Notes: generated from the sequence alone by a model not told the origin. Shown: positions 12,110-23,204, numbered from the stretch's first letter. The stretch: DNA of 64,000 bases from Corallochytrium limacisporum Hawaii (GCA_002811645.1 PDIP01000011.1:214133-278132); one strand, 5' to 3'. A program made the numbers and translations.

Positions 12110-15100
12110 TTATTGAAATAGTTTGCGTCGCTTAGGTACCCTCTTTCTTCCATTTTGTGCACCCTCATCCTCCGGTTGGCCCGCACCACTGCCGTCCATT
12201 TTGGCTCCCCCCTTTGCCTTCGTCGCCTTCTTTGTTTCCTGTACGCGATGGACCTTGATCTTACGAATCTCTTTTCGCAAGTCTATAGTATTTTGGTCAA
12301 GGGCCACGTACCTGGCCTCTGGTTTTAACTCCTCATCGTCCAACTCTGCCTTCCGTAGCTCATACTCCTTTGAGTATTGCGAAACAACCTCAGTGCGCAA
12401 CTCCTCAAAGGTTTTAGTCCGGGCCGCATAAGCGCCCGGCCCTGCCTGTGACGCGACGCCCTCACCAGCACGGAAGTTCGTGTCTACCTTTACGGCGCGA
12501 TTGTCCAGCAAGAAACGCCAAGGGTAGGATCCATCAGCAACTGATCCTTCGATGGGTAGAGGATGGGCCTCGGTGTTGAGGACCCAGTGTTCGAGGGATA
12601 GAATCTCCTGTCCCTGGTCATCCTCCGCGAACATGAGAAAGAGATACTTCAAGGTCTCCGCTAGGAAGAATGACTGCATGACGTCCTTGTACAAGACGTT
12701 TTGTTCGCCTGCACTTTGATAGGTGTTGTGGAGACCGGTGTAGCCACCACTGGGCACCAGGCACCACCGGTTCAGGGCAACAACCACATCTAGAGCCCAT
12801 TCCCGGTACATTTCGTTGCGTGTGAGGCGCCACATGTAGTAGTAGCTCTCGAGAGTTTCCGGTCGAAGAATGTACTGGTGTATCATGTCAGTCTTCGCCT
12901 TGAGACGACTTCGGGCGGAGCGCATGCCTCGGAAAGCTCGAGCATTGAACACAGCTGGTTTCGTGCCATCCACCTGGAAAGGCACCGCGTCCGGCATTGC
13001 TAGTTCACCGCCATCCCATTCGTCTTCTTCATCACCATCATCGCCCACAACAAAATCAGCACCACCCTCAAATTCGTGGTTACCTCTGTCATCATCATTG
13101 TTCTGATCCAAATCCATGTTGTCCTCGTTGTCATCTGCATTGTCATCGTCCTCTGGGGCACCACCAACCATATCACCCAGAACAACCCGTCTTTTGCGCA
13201 GCACCCTCTTCCTGTTCCGTTGTTTCTCCTTTTCTTCATCAGAAGGGGATCTTGGCACACCAAACACAAGCCGTTCTGCGCCGAGCCCGGAGTCGGCCAT
13301 GACATAGCTTGCACGACATGTGCGTGTAACCTCTCGACCGAGCTCGAATTGTACCAGTTCTGAGGGACGGTCAGTAGCAGGAGGCCCACCAGCGAGGGGG
13401 TCTAAGGGCGGGGGCGGTGGAATGTGCGGAACGTTATGCATCAGACTGTAGTAGGCACCCATGGCAAACATACCGCCAGCAAAGCAGGCCAGATGCTCCA
13501 TCTGTGGCTTAACGCTGCCCAGAATTCCCTTTCTAGCATTATTCTCTGCAAGATATATCCAAGATTCGAAGCCCAATTCCTTCATGGCCTTCTTCTCAGG
13601 AACCACCTCCGCGAATCCATATTCTTCGAGGGCTACAGCTTCCTGCTCCATAACCAAGTACTCAATCATATGTGGCAGAGTGAGATCATAGAAATGCTTT
13701 GGGCTGTCATCTTTGAACCCTGACATGACCCATTCCTTCAAGAGATACTCGTAGGTACTGTCGGCCATGCCTCCAAGTGTGAACCACTTGTCCTTCCAGA
13801 TGCCTTTCTTGTAATCCAATGAAGAAGGAAGCAGTCCTCGCGGGTGCACGTTGCGGTACAAAAAGTTCCGGATGTGATCCGATGTAGAAATGTACTTCTC
13901 ATCACCAGTGGCACCGCTGAGGTAGCGGAACTCAAGACTCAGAGTGCTAAACTCACTCAAACCCGCTATATCCTTGGGGTGGTACTGGGATTTCCTGGCC
14001 TTCCTGCGAGTGAAATCAATCTCACCCATGGGAATACCAGTCTTTGTATGGAAAGCAGGAGCCAAGCGATCTGTGATATCTGCAGCCGTGGCGAGGAAGA
14101 GTTCATCACCGGTAAGACTATGAGCCGACACCAGACCTCCCACCATTCGAATAATTGTCTCAAATACCGACACTCCAGCAAAGTTCCAATCTTCTGCCGG
14201 GGTTTGCTCACCGGTATTTTTCATTTGCTGGTTTTCGATAGCAGCCGAGTCACCCTGGCGTTTGGGGTTCTGTTTCTTTCTCTGCTCCGAACGAGCCTGT
14301 CCTCGATTCCCGTCTTGACCACCACCCATCTGTCCCTCCACCATCCCACCCCGCAGAGACCGTACTCCCTCACGAACGCCAGCCTGTGCAGGCGTAGCCG
14401 AAGTGACCTTCAGATTGCCATAGTCTAGGTCGTTGGCTATAAAATCCCGGGCCTGTAGCACTTCATCCTTCAGTTCCATAATGATCAGCGTACTTAATGC
14501 ATCCACGATAGTGGCACCGACTTTGACGCCACCATACAGATCATTAGTGCCCTCCTTAGCCAAGGGTTTAAGTTCGTTCTCTCCCCAAGCGTACTTGACA
14601 TACCCCGCCCACGCGTGCTGTGTCATGCGCTTGATGACTGCAGCCACCTGGGCGTGGTTGCACTCATTCTCATCTTCTGTGCCACAGAGAGCCCTCCGAC
14701 CATCACGGCCGATGTGCTGGAGTTCCAGTGTCCGCGGATCAGATTCAAGCGTACCAACAACGGGCAAGCGCTTCTGAGGCCTACGATTAATCTTGAATTC
14801 GTGAAATTTTGACATGTTTTCACGGGAGGTGTCACCAAGCATCATCATGTCATGATTCTCTTTCATCTGTCTCTCGAGATCCGCAAATGCGTAGTCTTCA
14901 CCGGCCTCCCATATTTGTTCTGGCGGTGGCCGCGGCGGCTGGTAGGAACCGTCATCATCACGGCCCAGAGGCATGTACGGTCGCTTAATCTGATGCTTTC
15001 CATTGTCGTCAACAAAGTCATCCAATTGGGCAGGTACCGGGTCGTGTGGGTCGTATACTCTATAGTTTCCAGGATCGTAGAAGGTCTCACTGAATGTATC

Positions 15101-15280
15101 ACTAAGACTTTCTTGTGACCCGAAGATAAATAGGTAGACGAGCACAAATAGGACAGCACCCACTATTAAGTTTTTCCACGGTAAACGTCCAACATGTGGT
15201 GATTTCCATGCAGTGGCCTTTTCCTTACCATTGTTGTAGATCGGAATGCGTTCCCGGTGCTTTGCCGGAAAGATCATCAT
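12110..15280 (-). CDS. Class I alpha-1,2-mannosidase (GH47), type II membrane protein with long loop insertions
   Basis: N-terminal TM anchor; HAWAGYVKYAWGENELKP, VSVFETIIR, GGMADSTYEYLLK, MEHLACFAGG, YILRPETLES, QSFFLAETLKY, LNTEAHP. Catalytic and Ca-binding residues are intact. Confidence 0.95.
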   Translation of the reverse strand: MMIFPAKHRERIPIYNNGKEKATAWKSPHVGRLPWKNLIVGAVLFVLVYLFIFGSQESLSDTFSETFYDPGNYRVYDPHDPVPAQLDDFVDDNGKHQIKRPYMPLGRDDDGSYQPPRPPPEQIWEAGEDYAFADLERQMKENHDMMMLGDTSRENMSKFHEFKINRRPQKRLPVVGTLESDPRTLELQHIGRDGRRALCGTEDENECNHAQVAAVIKRMTQHAWAGYVKYAWGENELKPLAKEGTNDLYGGVKVGATIVDALSTLIIMELKDEVLQARDFIANDLDYGNLKVTSATPAQAGVREGVRSLRGGMVEGQMGGGQDGNRGQARSEQRKKQNPKRQGDSAAIENQQMKNTGEQTPAEDWNFAGVSVFETIIRMVGGLVSAHSLTGDELFLATAADITDRLAPAFHTKTGIPMGEIDFTRRKARKSQYHPKDIAGLSEFSTLSLEFRYLSGATGDEKYISTSDHIRNFLYRNVHPRGLLPSSLDYKKGIWKDKWFTLGGMADSTYEYLLKEWVMSGFKDDSPKHFYDLTLPHMIEYLVMEQEAVALEEYGFAEVVPEKKAMKELGFESWIYLAENNARKGILGSVKPQMEHLACFAGGMFAMGAYYSLMHNVPHIPPPPPLDPLAGGPPATDRPSELVQFELGREVTRTCRASYVMADSGLGAERLVFGVPRSPSDEEKEKQRNRKRVLRKRRVVLGDMVGGAPEDDDNADDNEDNMDLDQNNDDDRGNHEFEGGADFVVGDDGDEEDEWDGGELAMPDAVPFQVDGTKPAVFNARAFRGMRSARSRLKAKTDMIHQYILRPETLESYYYMWRLTRNEMYREWALDVVVALNRWCLVPSGGYTGLHNTYQSAGEQNVLYKDVMQSFFLAETLKYLFLMFAEDDQGQEILSLEHWVLNTEAHPLPIEGSVADGSYPWRFLLDNRAVKVDTNFRAGEGVASQAGPGAYAARTKTFEELRTEVVSQYSKEYELRKAELDDEELKPEARYVALDQNTIDLRKEIRKIKVHRVQETKKATKAKGGAKMDGSGAGQPEDEGAQNGRKRVPKRRKLFQ

Positions 15281-16632
15281 GGCTTCCGTCGAGAAATTAT
15301 GTCATTGCCCATAAGATGCCAAAGCCGTCACACAGTCCGATAAGCTTTGCATGTGTCAATCATCTTGTCCGCATTGTATCCAAAGGGCGTCGCTAGGACT
15401 GTCGCGGCCCTCTCAATTCAACGACGTCGAGATCTTATGGTTGCATCATCTGCGGAGACACATCAGCTGTGACTTTTACGTAGCCTATTGGAGGATACTT
15501 GTTCCAATTCGAGTGCCAGGGAATCGGGGTGTACAGGTTTCGTCTCCTGCCTACCGACCATGACTCGAGAGGATACCAAGGCAAGATCGGCACGATAGGA
15601 ACCCTACTTCCTACAAGAGGAGAAAGAGGGGCTCACTGCAGTAGTAATTGTTGGTGAATCGGTGAGGAAAACACGAGAGGAGAAGAATGCACGAGACCCG
15701 GATCACAACCGGGGATGGAAACGAGGGTATAGAAAAACGCCAATACGTATTTTATGGCATTCAAAGCACCAGAACGGGAGTAGGAATATTTGGAACCAAT
15801 TCGTGAATGCATCACAACCGAGCGAACCATTCTCCCCCCCCCCCTCCTTCTTCCCTGGAAGGGGCGGACCGAAGGGGAGTCCTACCCCCTTTACCTTTTT
15901 CCGCTGAGACAGCTTTGGGGAAGACCCCCCCCGGGGGATGGGGATTCGAAGGAGAGTCCCCATCCCATTTTCTGCTGAGAGGAGTTGCAACGCAAGCTTA
16001 AAGGCCCGCGTTACCTTCCCGACCCGTGCGCTCCCTGATTTGCTTGTTCCAAAGGGGAGGGGAGGTCTCTCGTGTGGATAACCAGTGGCTACCAAAATTA
16101 AGGAGGACGCAAGCGGAAAACCTTGTCTGTGCGAGTTAACTAGGTTCCCTTGGAAGTGGTCAGAGCAAAGCACACACGATCCACGTATGCGGACCATAAA
16201 TGAATCCGGCCTGAACACCGATGATTTTTCGCCCTGCTCGAAGCGGAAGTGGGTAATAGTTCTCTCCGGTCCCTTCCAACTGACGGTGCTGCCCCTCGGA
16301 CCCGTCCCTTCGAATCCCCCCCCCCCCACGTTCTCCTGTCATCCACCTGCCCTCAAGAAATCCGGGGCCGAATTTTGGAGGGCCATACGCTGCAGAACCG
16401 GCGTAGCGGGAACACCCTCACTCCCAAGACTTGGATGCACTGCCATCGACTCCCCGGTGGGCGCGGAGTGGCTGGCAGTTCATGTACTTGAATTATGACA
16501 AATTCGAGCAGATGCTAGGTTCTGTGTCATCGAAATCGAGTTTCACGAATTAGCTGGAAAACGAAACCGAGAAAAACATGACCTCGTGACAAAGTACCAA
16601 TTTTGAATTGAAACAATAGACATACAACCAGT

Positions 16633-17070
16633 ATGAATCGACTGCGGCAACTTTGGCGTGAAGTTTTGGAGGACGGTATCGGTCGTCCTCACCCAAACCC
16701 TCCCGGTGTGAAAGATATCACATGGCGTGACTACAGGATTGGCATCAAGAGAGCAATGCAAGATTACCAGGATGACTTTAGGCAGATGATGGGATGGAAG
16801 CTGAAATTTCCCAGGGAAGACCTGACGTCAAAAACGGACCATGATCTGCAGGAGATTGGAAGACTGCTAAAGGAGACCGGAGAAAGTGGAGCCCCAGTAG
16901 CCAAAAACTTTGTACAGCAACAGGCAGAAATTATTAGACTGTCCATTAATCAATTCAGCAAAGGTTATAAGGAAGGACGGTTGGGAATCGACGAGCCCGC
17001 ACAGCGAAGCAGCTCTCCAGCAACGGAGGATCCAAAGCCATCATCAAAGAAGTCAGAACGCCCATCGTGA
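16633..17070 (+). CDS. Conserved hypothetical protein, 145 aa; resembles from memory the plant EMB2735-type family
   Basis: ATG start, coding-like composition, convergent with the next gene. Motifs PNPPGVKDITW..K.A...Y and C-terminal QFSKGYKEG. Confidence 0.7.
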   Translation: MNRLRQLWREVLEDGIGRPHPNPPGVKDITWRDYRIGIKRAMQDYQDDFRQMMGWKLKFPREDLTSKTDHDLQEIGRLLKETGESGAPVAKNFVQQQAEIIRLSINQFSKGYKEGRLGIDEPAQRSSSPATEDPKPSSKKSERPS

Positions 17071-17180
17071 TGGTTTGTATTCTAAAGAAAAATAAAGAAT
17101 CAAATATGAGCATGAGAAGATCAGCAGTCTCGTAAGAACAAATGATGGTACTGTGGATGCTATTCTTTCTATGCCTTGAG

Positions 17181-19361
17181 TTACATTTCGTAACCATACG
17201 AATGAAGGACACTATTAAACATGCGTTCATGTACTGCTGCTTCCCTGGAGAGTTCTTCCTCGTCATTTATCTCTTGATCTGCAGTGACACTGTTGCTGTT
17301 AGTGCCTGGGTTGGCTGCAGCGTTGTCTAGAGCTGCCATAATCTTCTCGAGAGTAAGAGACACATCGCTTGCTGCGACCACCAGTTCCGACGATGTCGGC
17401 TGGGATTCCGCTACAGGACCCAACGACGGTGGTAGCGTCAATTCGCAGCGCAGTGTTCGATGGTGTTCTTCCTCTTCCATTTCTGTCTGTGCACGATCGC
17501 TACGCCGCTCCAGTACCGTCGCAAAGATATCACCGATACCTGTCTTCGAGAGAAGCAGACATTGCGCGCGCTTGGAGTCGCCAACGGCTAGGGTCCCAAG
17601 GCCATCGACAGGGGCTTGGCAGCGTCGGAGCAGAGGATGGAGTTCCCTTTGCCGATTTTGTACCGCCGATCTGCCGTCGTCGGTGGCGTGGAGTACTCGG
17701 AGGGTGGACGGTCGTAGATTGCGAGCCACACGAGGGACGCGAACCGGAGGTTCAATGAGAGTCAGGTCATCGATGCCTCCGCCCTGCCCTGTACTGACAG
17801 ACAGAACAAGCACAGCAGAGGACGGGTGCAGATCCGTGTCGTCCTCGTCGACATTACCGCACGCCAGAGCAATGTTCAGGCCCGAAGTGAGACAATCGGT
17901 AGCCACGTCATTGTCCATGCGAAACAGGTGGGCCACATCCGGTGCGAACCCAGAGCAATCGTTAATTATTCGGCGCAAGTAAGGTTCCCGCGTCATGCGC
18001 TGATCCCACATTTCGACCGCAGTTCTTGTTGTGACTGTGAGGATGTGAGCAGCAGAGGATACGGAATCTGTGGCCCGTCCAGATAAGGCCACACTTTGCA
18101 GATCAATGATGCTCTCATCGCCCTTCGAAGGTCCATTGCTCATGCCGGCCAGCCACAGGCTCCGCCCGCTGCCCCCAATACCAGTCACCGCGCCCTGGCG
18201 CCAGCGCCTCGCCACCGCGCTCTGGCGCACATCAAAGGTCTGCAGCAGGGCACCGTGGCTCAGATGCAAGACGTGCGGGGAAGCGTGACTGCTGCATAGG
18301 CAGGTCAAGGGCACGTCTGCGGCCGCACCATTCTGGGTGACTTTGGTAGCGTCACTGCCACACGCGAACGGCAGATCGTGCGTCCACACTGGGCCAGCTG
18401 GTGCCGTGAAATCAAAGCGAGCGAGACGCCCATCGCAGTGATCGCTGCGAATGTCATCCAAAGCCAAATCCAAGACTCCACGGAGATGGTGGGAGAACGC
18501 GAGGTCTGTTACTGGCGCTGGAATGTCCCGCATGTTCGCCAGAGATCGCAAAGGTTCGACATCCTCGCTGTCAGAGCTAGTCCACAGGGTTAAGTCTGTG
18601 CCTCCATATGCTGCAACAAGGCCATCACTCGCACCCCGCCCGACCACAAGACTGTGGACATCTCCACTGGCCGCTTGCTGTTCCCTTTGCCATGGAACAG
18701 TTATCAATGGACCAAGACTGTTGATGTCGCTCTGCACGTCGTCCAGGTGTTCATCAGAGATGGTCACCTTACAGTGTTGTAGCAACCCAGAGGTGGCAGT
18801 TGTGTCATTGATGGCCAGCACCTGCCCGTCCCTGAGCACTGCCATGCGATTGCAACCGACGCGTCTTTGAACCGGCCGAGATGGGATATACAGCAATGGT
18901 TTACTTTGTGGTGTTGTCTTTGTTGTCGAAAGAGCTGTTATATTCTGATCCTCAGTGGTTCGAAAACAGTGCCTCAGTCCTGGAGGCACGGTGCTTGGAT
19001 CTATCTTTCGGGATTTTCTCCGTTTCTGCGCAGTGCGGGCTGTGTTCTTTGGTACAGTATTTCCTGTCGGAGGACCATCACTGCTCCAGCTGCTGCCGGC
19101 CCAGACCACCGGACACGGCAAATATGACTGAAAACTGCCACTCGGCTGTGCGATGGGTGCTATCCGCCACCATTGATCTGCCCACTGTCCCTGTACCTCA
19201 GCAGCGGCAGCGGCTGCGTTGGTTCCAGGTTTCTTCTTCTTAGAAGAATTCGCCTGTTTGCCGTCCGCATTTACAAACTTCACCGGGCCCACAGATCCAA
19301 ATTCAATCGAACGAGCGGATGTTGCCATGAACGTCCACGGATATGATCCCGATCCAGCCAT
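17181..19361 (-). CDS. Divergent beta-propeller protein, TAF1C/Rrn6-like (RNA polymerase I core factor subunit)
   Basis: 726-aa ORF. AFSHHLRGVL, SPHVLHLSHGALLQTFD, TTRTAVEMWDQRMTREPYL and LLSKTGIGDIFATVL parallel TAF1C segments (SPHLPGEL, HPRVL, DERLPLVP, LSAAGDVFYQ) in order. The CDS is secure; the family call is moderate. Confidence 0.6.
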   Translation of the reverse strand: MAGSGSYPWTFMATSARSIEFGSVGPVKFVNADGKQANSSKKKKPGTNAAAAAAEVQGQWADQWWRIAPIAQPSGSFQSYLPCPVVWAGSSWSSDGPPTGNTVPKNTARTAQKRRKSRKIDPSTVPPGLRHCFRTTEDQNITALSTTKTTPQSKPLLYIPSRPVQRRVGCNRMAVLRDGQVLAINDTTATSGLLQHCKVTISDEHLDDVQSDINSLGPLITVPWQREQQAASGDVHSLVVGRGASDGLVAAYGGTDLTLWTSSDSEDVEPLRSLANMRDIPAPVTDLAFSHHLRGVLDLALDDIRSDHCDGRLARFDFTAPAGPVWTHDLPFACGSDATKVTQNGAAADVPLTCLCSSHASPHVLHLSHGALLQTFDVRQSAVARRWRQGAVTGIGGSGRSLWLAGMSNGPSKGDESIIDLQSVALSGRATDSVSSAAHILTVTTRTAVEMWDQRMTREPYLRRIINDCSGFAPDVAHLFRMDNDVATDCLTSGLNIALACGNVDEDDTDLHPSSAVLVLSVSTGQGGGIDDLTLIEPPVRVPRVARNLRPSTLRVLHATDDGRSAVQNRQRELHPLLRRCQAPVDGLGTLAVGDSKRAQCLLLSKTGIGDIFATVLERRSDRAQTEMEEEEHHRTLRCELTLPPSLGPVAESQPTSSELVVAASDVSLTLEKIMAALDNAAANPGTNSNSVTADQEINDEEELSREAAVHERMFNSVLHSYGYEM

Positions 19362-21404
19362 GATGACATGGGTTGAAGTGTTTCACGATGCCGCCATCGT
19401 TTGCTATTCGTCTTCACACTATGGAACCTTGCATTTCTTTCCAAACTAGTCCCTCATACCAGTGAGCTCAATGTAAAATAAACAGCATTGCCGCTTGATT
19501 TAATTACCATTCAGATCTTGGCTAGTGTTCTGCGAAAGAAGCACCTGAGACTCACCATTGATTCATTCCGTCTGCTTAGGTCTCTCCCTGTCCCTGGCGG
19601 GGGGTGTTGGCTCCCTGGCTCCAAACCCACCCGAAGCTCGTCGCTGTGGCCAAAATTGCGCGCTCAGGGGAAGCGGCTAAAAACTGAAGACCTCGTTAAT
19701 TTAGTTAAAACGATGCGGAACAATTGAGGGAGTCCATTTCCCTCCACTGCCATATCAACAAATTTCGTGCCTTTGCACAGGTGATGCGTACGGAGGTTCG
19801 ATCCGGAAGTGTCGGCGGCACCTGGTTTTCGTACATGGACACATCTCAGTGCGTCATCCTATCATGACTTGTCAGCAGCGGCCCTCATGTGTCTGCGACG
19901 TGACTGGAGATGGTGGTAGTTTTAGTATAGGCAAGAATTCGTTCATTTTCCCAATTGGACTGCCGGTAATTAGTGCTACTTTGTATCCTCGTCACTTCCC
20001 CCTTAGTAATTGTCTGGCAGTTGGCCAACCGCCCAGTAACCTTTATTTCTTTTTGCCAGGTGTGAGGGCAAGTCAGCTAAGGCTGGTTACTGTGCGCAGG
20101 GTGTGCTAAATTTAGCACGCAACCGGAAGGTTAAACCAGCTGAAGCTTGGGAAAAGAGAGAGGGGGGGGGGGGGGAGAGACGAGACATCTGGACAACTGA
20201 TCGCAGCCCGTACATGGTCACGGGGCAAATGAAGACCGAGATACGGAGAGCGAAGGAGAAAAAGTGAACGGGGTCACACGCAGACAAAATCAGAGACCCA
20301 GAGAGACGGCGGGCCGAGAGGGAGCGAGAGAGGGACAGAGGGAAAAAGGGAGGGGAGTGAAGAAAGAGCGGGAGGGAGTGGTTGGTAGACCCGGCACTTG
20401 TGAGTGAGTAGGACACAATTTTTTTCTTCTTAGTCTCCTGAATAGGTCTCTATTTTTTTTGGGGCAGCGGCGTCAGTTGACACCCTCCCATCCCCCCCCC
20501 ACTCCCCCACCTTCCTTCCCATTGAGGTGATGGTCAGTAGTGCGATAGTAGTTCGAAAGGGGAAGTGCAGATAGTCAGGTATCGCCCTTCACCGAGCGAT
20601 AACGATGGAGGAGCGGGAAGCGCGCAAAAGGGAAAAAAACCCAAATAAAATCCACTTACATGGGCCGTAAAGCGGAGAGGGGCGCGGTGGGTGTGTTTTA
20701 GGAAGCGCAACCATTTGACCCAGACAAAGGACCTTGTTTTGAACCTGTGTGTATGACTTGGGATGTGAGGAGTGTATTTCCCGATGGGATCTATTCTGGG
20801 CAACAGACTCCTAGCAAATCGCCGGGAAAATTGCGAGCGAAACGCACGTAAGCGTGACACGCGAAGCACATGAATCACGGGGCCCAGGGACAGAGAGAGA
20901 GAGAGAGAGAGAGAGAGTCAAGTGATAGTAACCCGCAAGAGATTTGTGCGATTTGGATCTGTCGGAGTTCGTGCTGGGCCAAGTGAAGAGATGGATAATC
21001 GTCACTCACCCACTATTGCTCGGCGATTAGACGCCAGGCACAACGCTGTCTTCCCGAGTGCAGACAACGGCAAAGGGAGAGGGGGGGGGGGATTGGAGGG
21101 AGGGCGAGAAGTTGCTGTCGATGGGGACCCTGAGTATCCGTCGGAATTGAGTGGAGACCTGAGTGTCCAAGCCTTTTTATTCTTAAGTCGAGGAGATCGG
21201 GTATTTGAGTGACTTCCGATGTGTATTGCAGTGGTAGTGATTACTGATAAAGTGTTTGTAGAAGCGTCAGCGTGCGAGTCTAGAGAACAAAGGAGAATAC
21301 ACTCAAGAAGTAGTTCGTACCTGAGCAACAGGGTAGCCCAGGTAGCTCTCCAGAAACATAGCACGAGACACAGAGTTTTAGATCACAACATAAAAAGCGC
21401 AAGT

Positions 21405-23204
21405 ATGGAACAATCCAAGACAGCGAACGGCACTTTGGTTGGCCCGGGAGACATGATGAAGTTCCAGGCCAGTCTGCCCAAGCTGCCGATCCCTGACCTC
21501 GATGAGGTTTGCGATAAGCTTCTACTGAGCCTGAAGCCGCTCTTGTCTTACGAGGACTATCGTGAATACAGTGTGATCTTGGAAGATTTCCGTCGTGGCG
21601 ATGGTCCCAAGCTTCACAAGCTGCTCAAGGAGTTCGATGAGACTGTTGACAATTGGCTCGAGGACATTTGGATCAAGATTGCGTATCTCTCATACCGCGA
21701 ACCAAATGTGATTAATTCTAATGCCTTCTTCGAGTTCGACGACACCGAAGGTATGTCACAGGCCGCTGCAGGCGCCCTCTTCACCGACCGTATCCTGCAG
21801 TTCGCTGAAATGATCCGCACTGAAAATGTTCCGGTACCGCTTATGGGTGGCAAGCCCACGGACATGAGCCAGTACAAACGGATTGTCAGGGCTCAGCGTA
21901 TTCCCAAGTACGGCTGCGATGAGATTTACATCCCGGAGTGGGACGAGTCCCGGCACCTGGCTGTGCTCTGCAACAATCATATCTACACGCTGCCCGTGGT
22001 CTTCGAAGATGGTAGTCACCTGAACCGGCGGGATTTGGAGCGACAGTTTAATAACATTATTGAGGACGCCAACTCTAAGGGCCCAGGAGAAGGAGTCGGT
22101 GCTCTCACTGCGCTGGGCCGCGACGAATGGGCTGAGGTGCATGCGACGCTATTGCGTGACCGGACCAATACTGCGTCCCTCAAGGCAATTGACAATGCTC
22201 TGTTTGTAGTGACCTTGGACCGCACGTATCCCCACACCCATTCTGAAGTCATGGCTCTTTGCGGCCACGGTGGCGGCAGCGGCCGCGACGGCCAGAATCG
22301 GTGGTTCGACAAGTGCATCCAGGTGCACGTTGCAAAGAATGGACGCATGGGACTTCAACTGGAGCACACCATGGCGGACGGTATGCAGCTGGCAGAGCTG
22401 GTGCTCTACTCCATGAAGCCTACTGCTAAGCTGGACAACCGTTTCCCAGACCGTCAGGTGCTGGACACGCCAAAGAAGTTGGACTGGAACCTGTCTCTGT
22501 TCCATACGGAGGCTATTGATCGTGCGCGGGTGTTCCATGATGCAAATTGCGCCAATCTGCGCTTCGAATCCTTCATCTTCAAGGACTACGGTAAGGAATT
22601 CTTGAAGGGTGTGAAGGTCAGTCCTGACGCCTACTTCCAGATGGCCATGCAGCTGGCCTACTACCGTCTGCACAACGAAATCCCGGCCACCTACGAGACA
22701 GCCGCAACCATGCGCTTCTACCATGGCCGTACGGAGACCATTCGCTCCGCCTCCATTTGGAGCCGTGAATTCTGCGTATCTATGGACAATGAACGCATCA
22801 CTCCAGAGAACAAGGTTCAGTTGCTGCGTGAGGCCATTCTGGCACATTCCAAGTACACCCGGGAGGCAGGCCAGGGCCATGGCTGTGATCGTCCTATGCT
22901 CGGCATGCGCATTATGGCACAGCGCAATGGTATCCGTCCTCACAAGGCCTTTACGCACGCAGCATTTGCCCGTGGTTCCACATTCCAATTGTCCTCAAGC
23001 CAGGTGCCCATGAATGCCGGCTTTGGTCCCGTGTGTGCAGATGGCTACGGTATTTGCTACCAGGTCCGTCCCCATGACATTCGCATCAACATTTCCAGCT
23101 TTGTAAACAGTCAGAAGACTGATCTAGGAAGAATGCAGAGCTCCCTGCGCGGCGCCTTGAAGTCGATGAGTATGCTGTTCAATGTTGTCAAGGCCAAGGT
23201 TTGA
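21405..23204 (+). CDS. Carnitine O-acyltransferase (CROT/CRAT-like), predicted peroxisomal
   Basis: LPKLPIPDL, NRWFDK, catalytic His in EHTMADG, SPDAYFQMAMQLAYYR, carnitine-type GRTETIRS, GFGPV, C-terminal -AKV (PTS1-like). An in-frame upstream ATG exists at 21219. Confidence 0.92.
   Translation: MEQSKTANGTLVGPGDMMKFQASLPKLPIPDLDEVCDKLLLSLKPLLSYEDYREYSVILEDFRRGDGPKLHKLLKEFDETVDNWLEDIWIKIAYLSYREPNVINSNAFFEFDDTEGMSQAAAGALFTDRILQFAEMIRTENVPVPLMGGKPTDMSQYKRIVRAQRIPKYGCDEIYIPEWDESRHLAVLCNNHIYTLPVVFEDGSHLNRRDLERQFNNIIEDANSKGPGEGVGALTALGRDEWAEVHATLLRDRTNTASLKAIDNALFVVTLDRTYPHTHSEVMALCGHGGGSGRDGQNRWFDKCIQVHVAKNGRMGLQLEHTMADGMQLAELVLYSMKPTAKLDNRFPDRQVLDTPKKLDWNLSLFHTEAIDRARVFHDANCANLRFESFIFKDYGKEFLKGVKVSPDAYFQMAMQLAYYRLHNEIPATYETAATMRFYHGRTETIRSASIWSREFCVSMDNERITPENKVQLLREAILAHSKYTREAGQGHGCDRPMLGMRIMAQRNGIRPHKAFTHAAFARGSTFQLSSSQVPMNAGFGPVCADGYGICYQVRPHDIRINISSFVNSQKTDLGRMQSSLRGALKSMSMLFNVVKAKV

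Noticed and set aside
19795-19804. tRNA T-loop/B-box GGTTCGATCC
   Set aside because: The flanks cannot form a T-stem or acceptor stem; no cloverleaf.
21330-21356. PTS2 in the upstream extension of the acyltransferase (RVAQVALQK)
   Set aside because: The last position is K rather than L/A/F.
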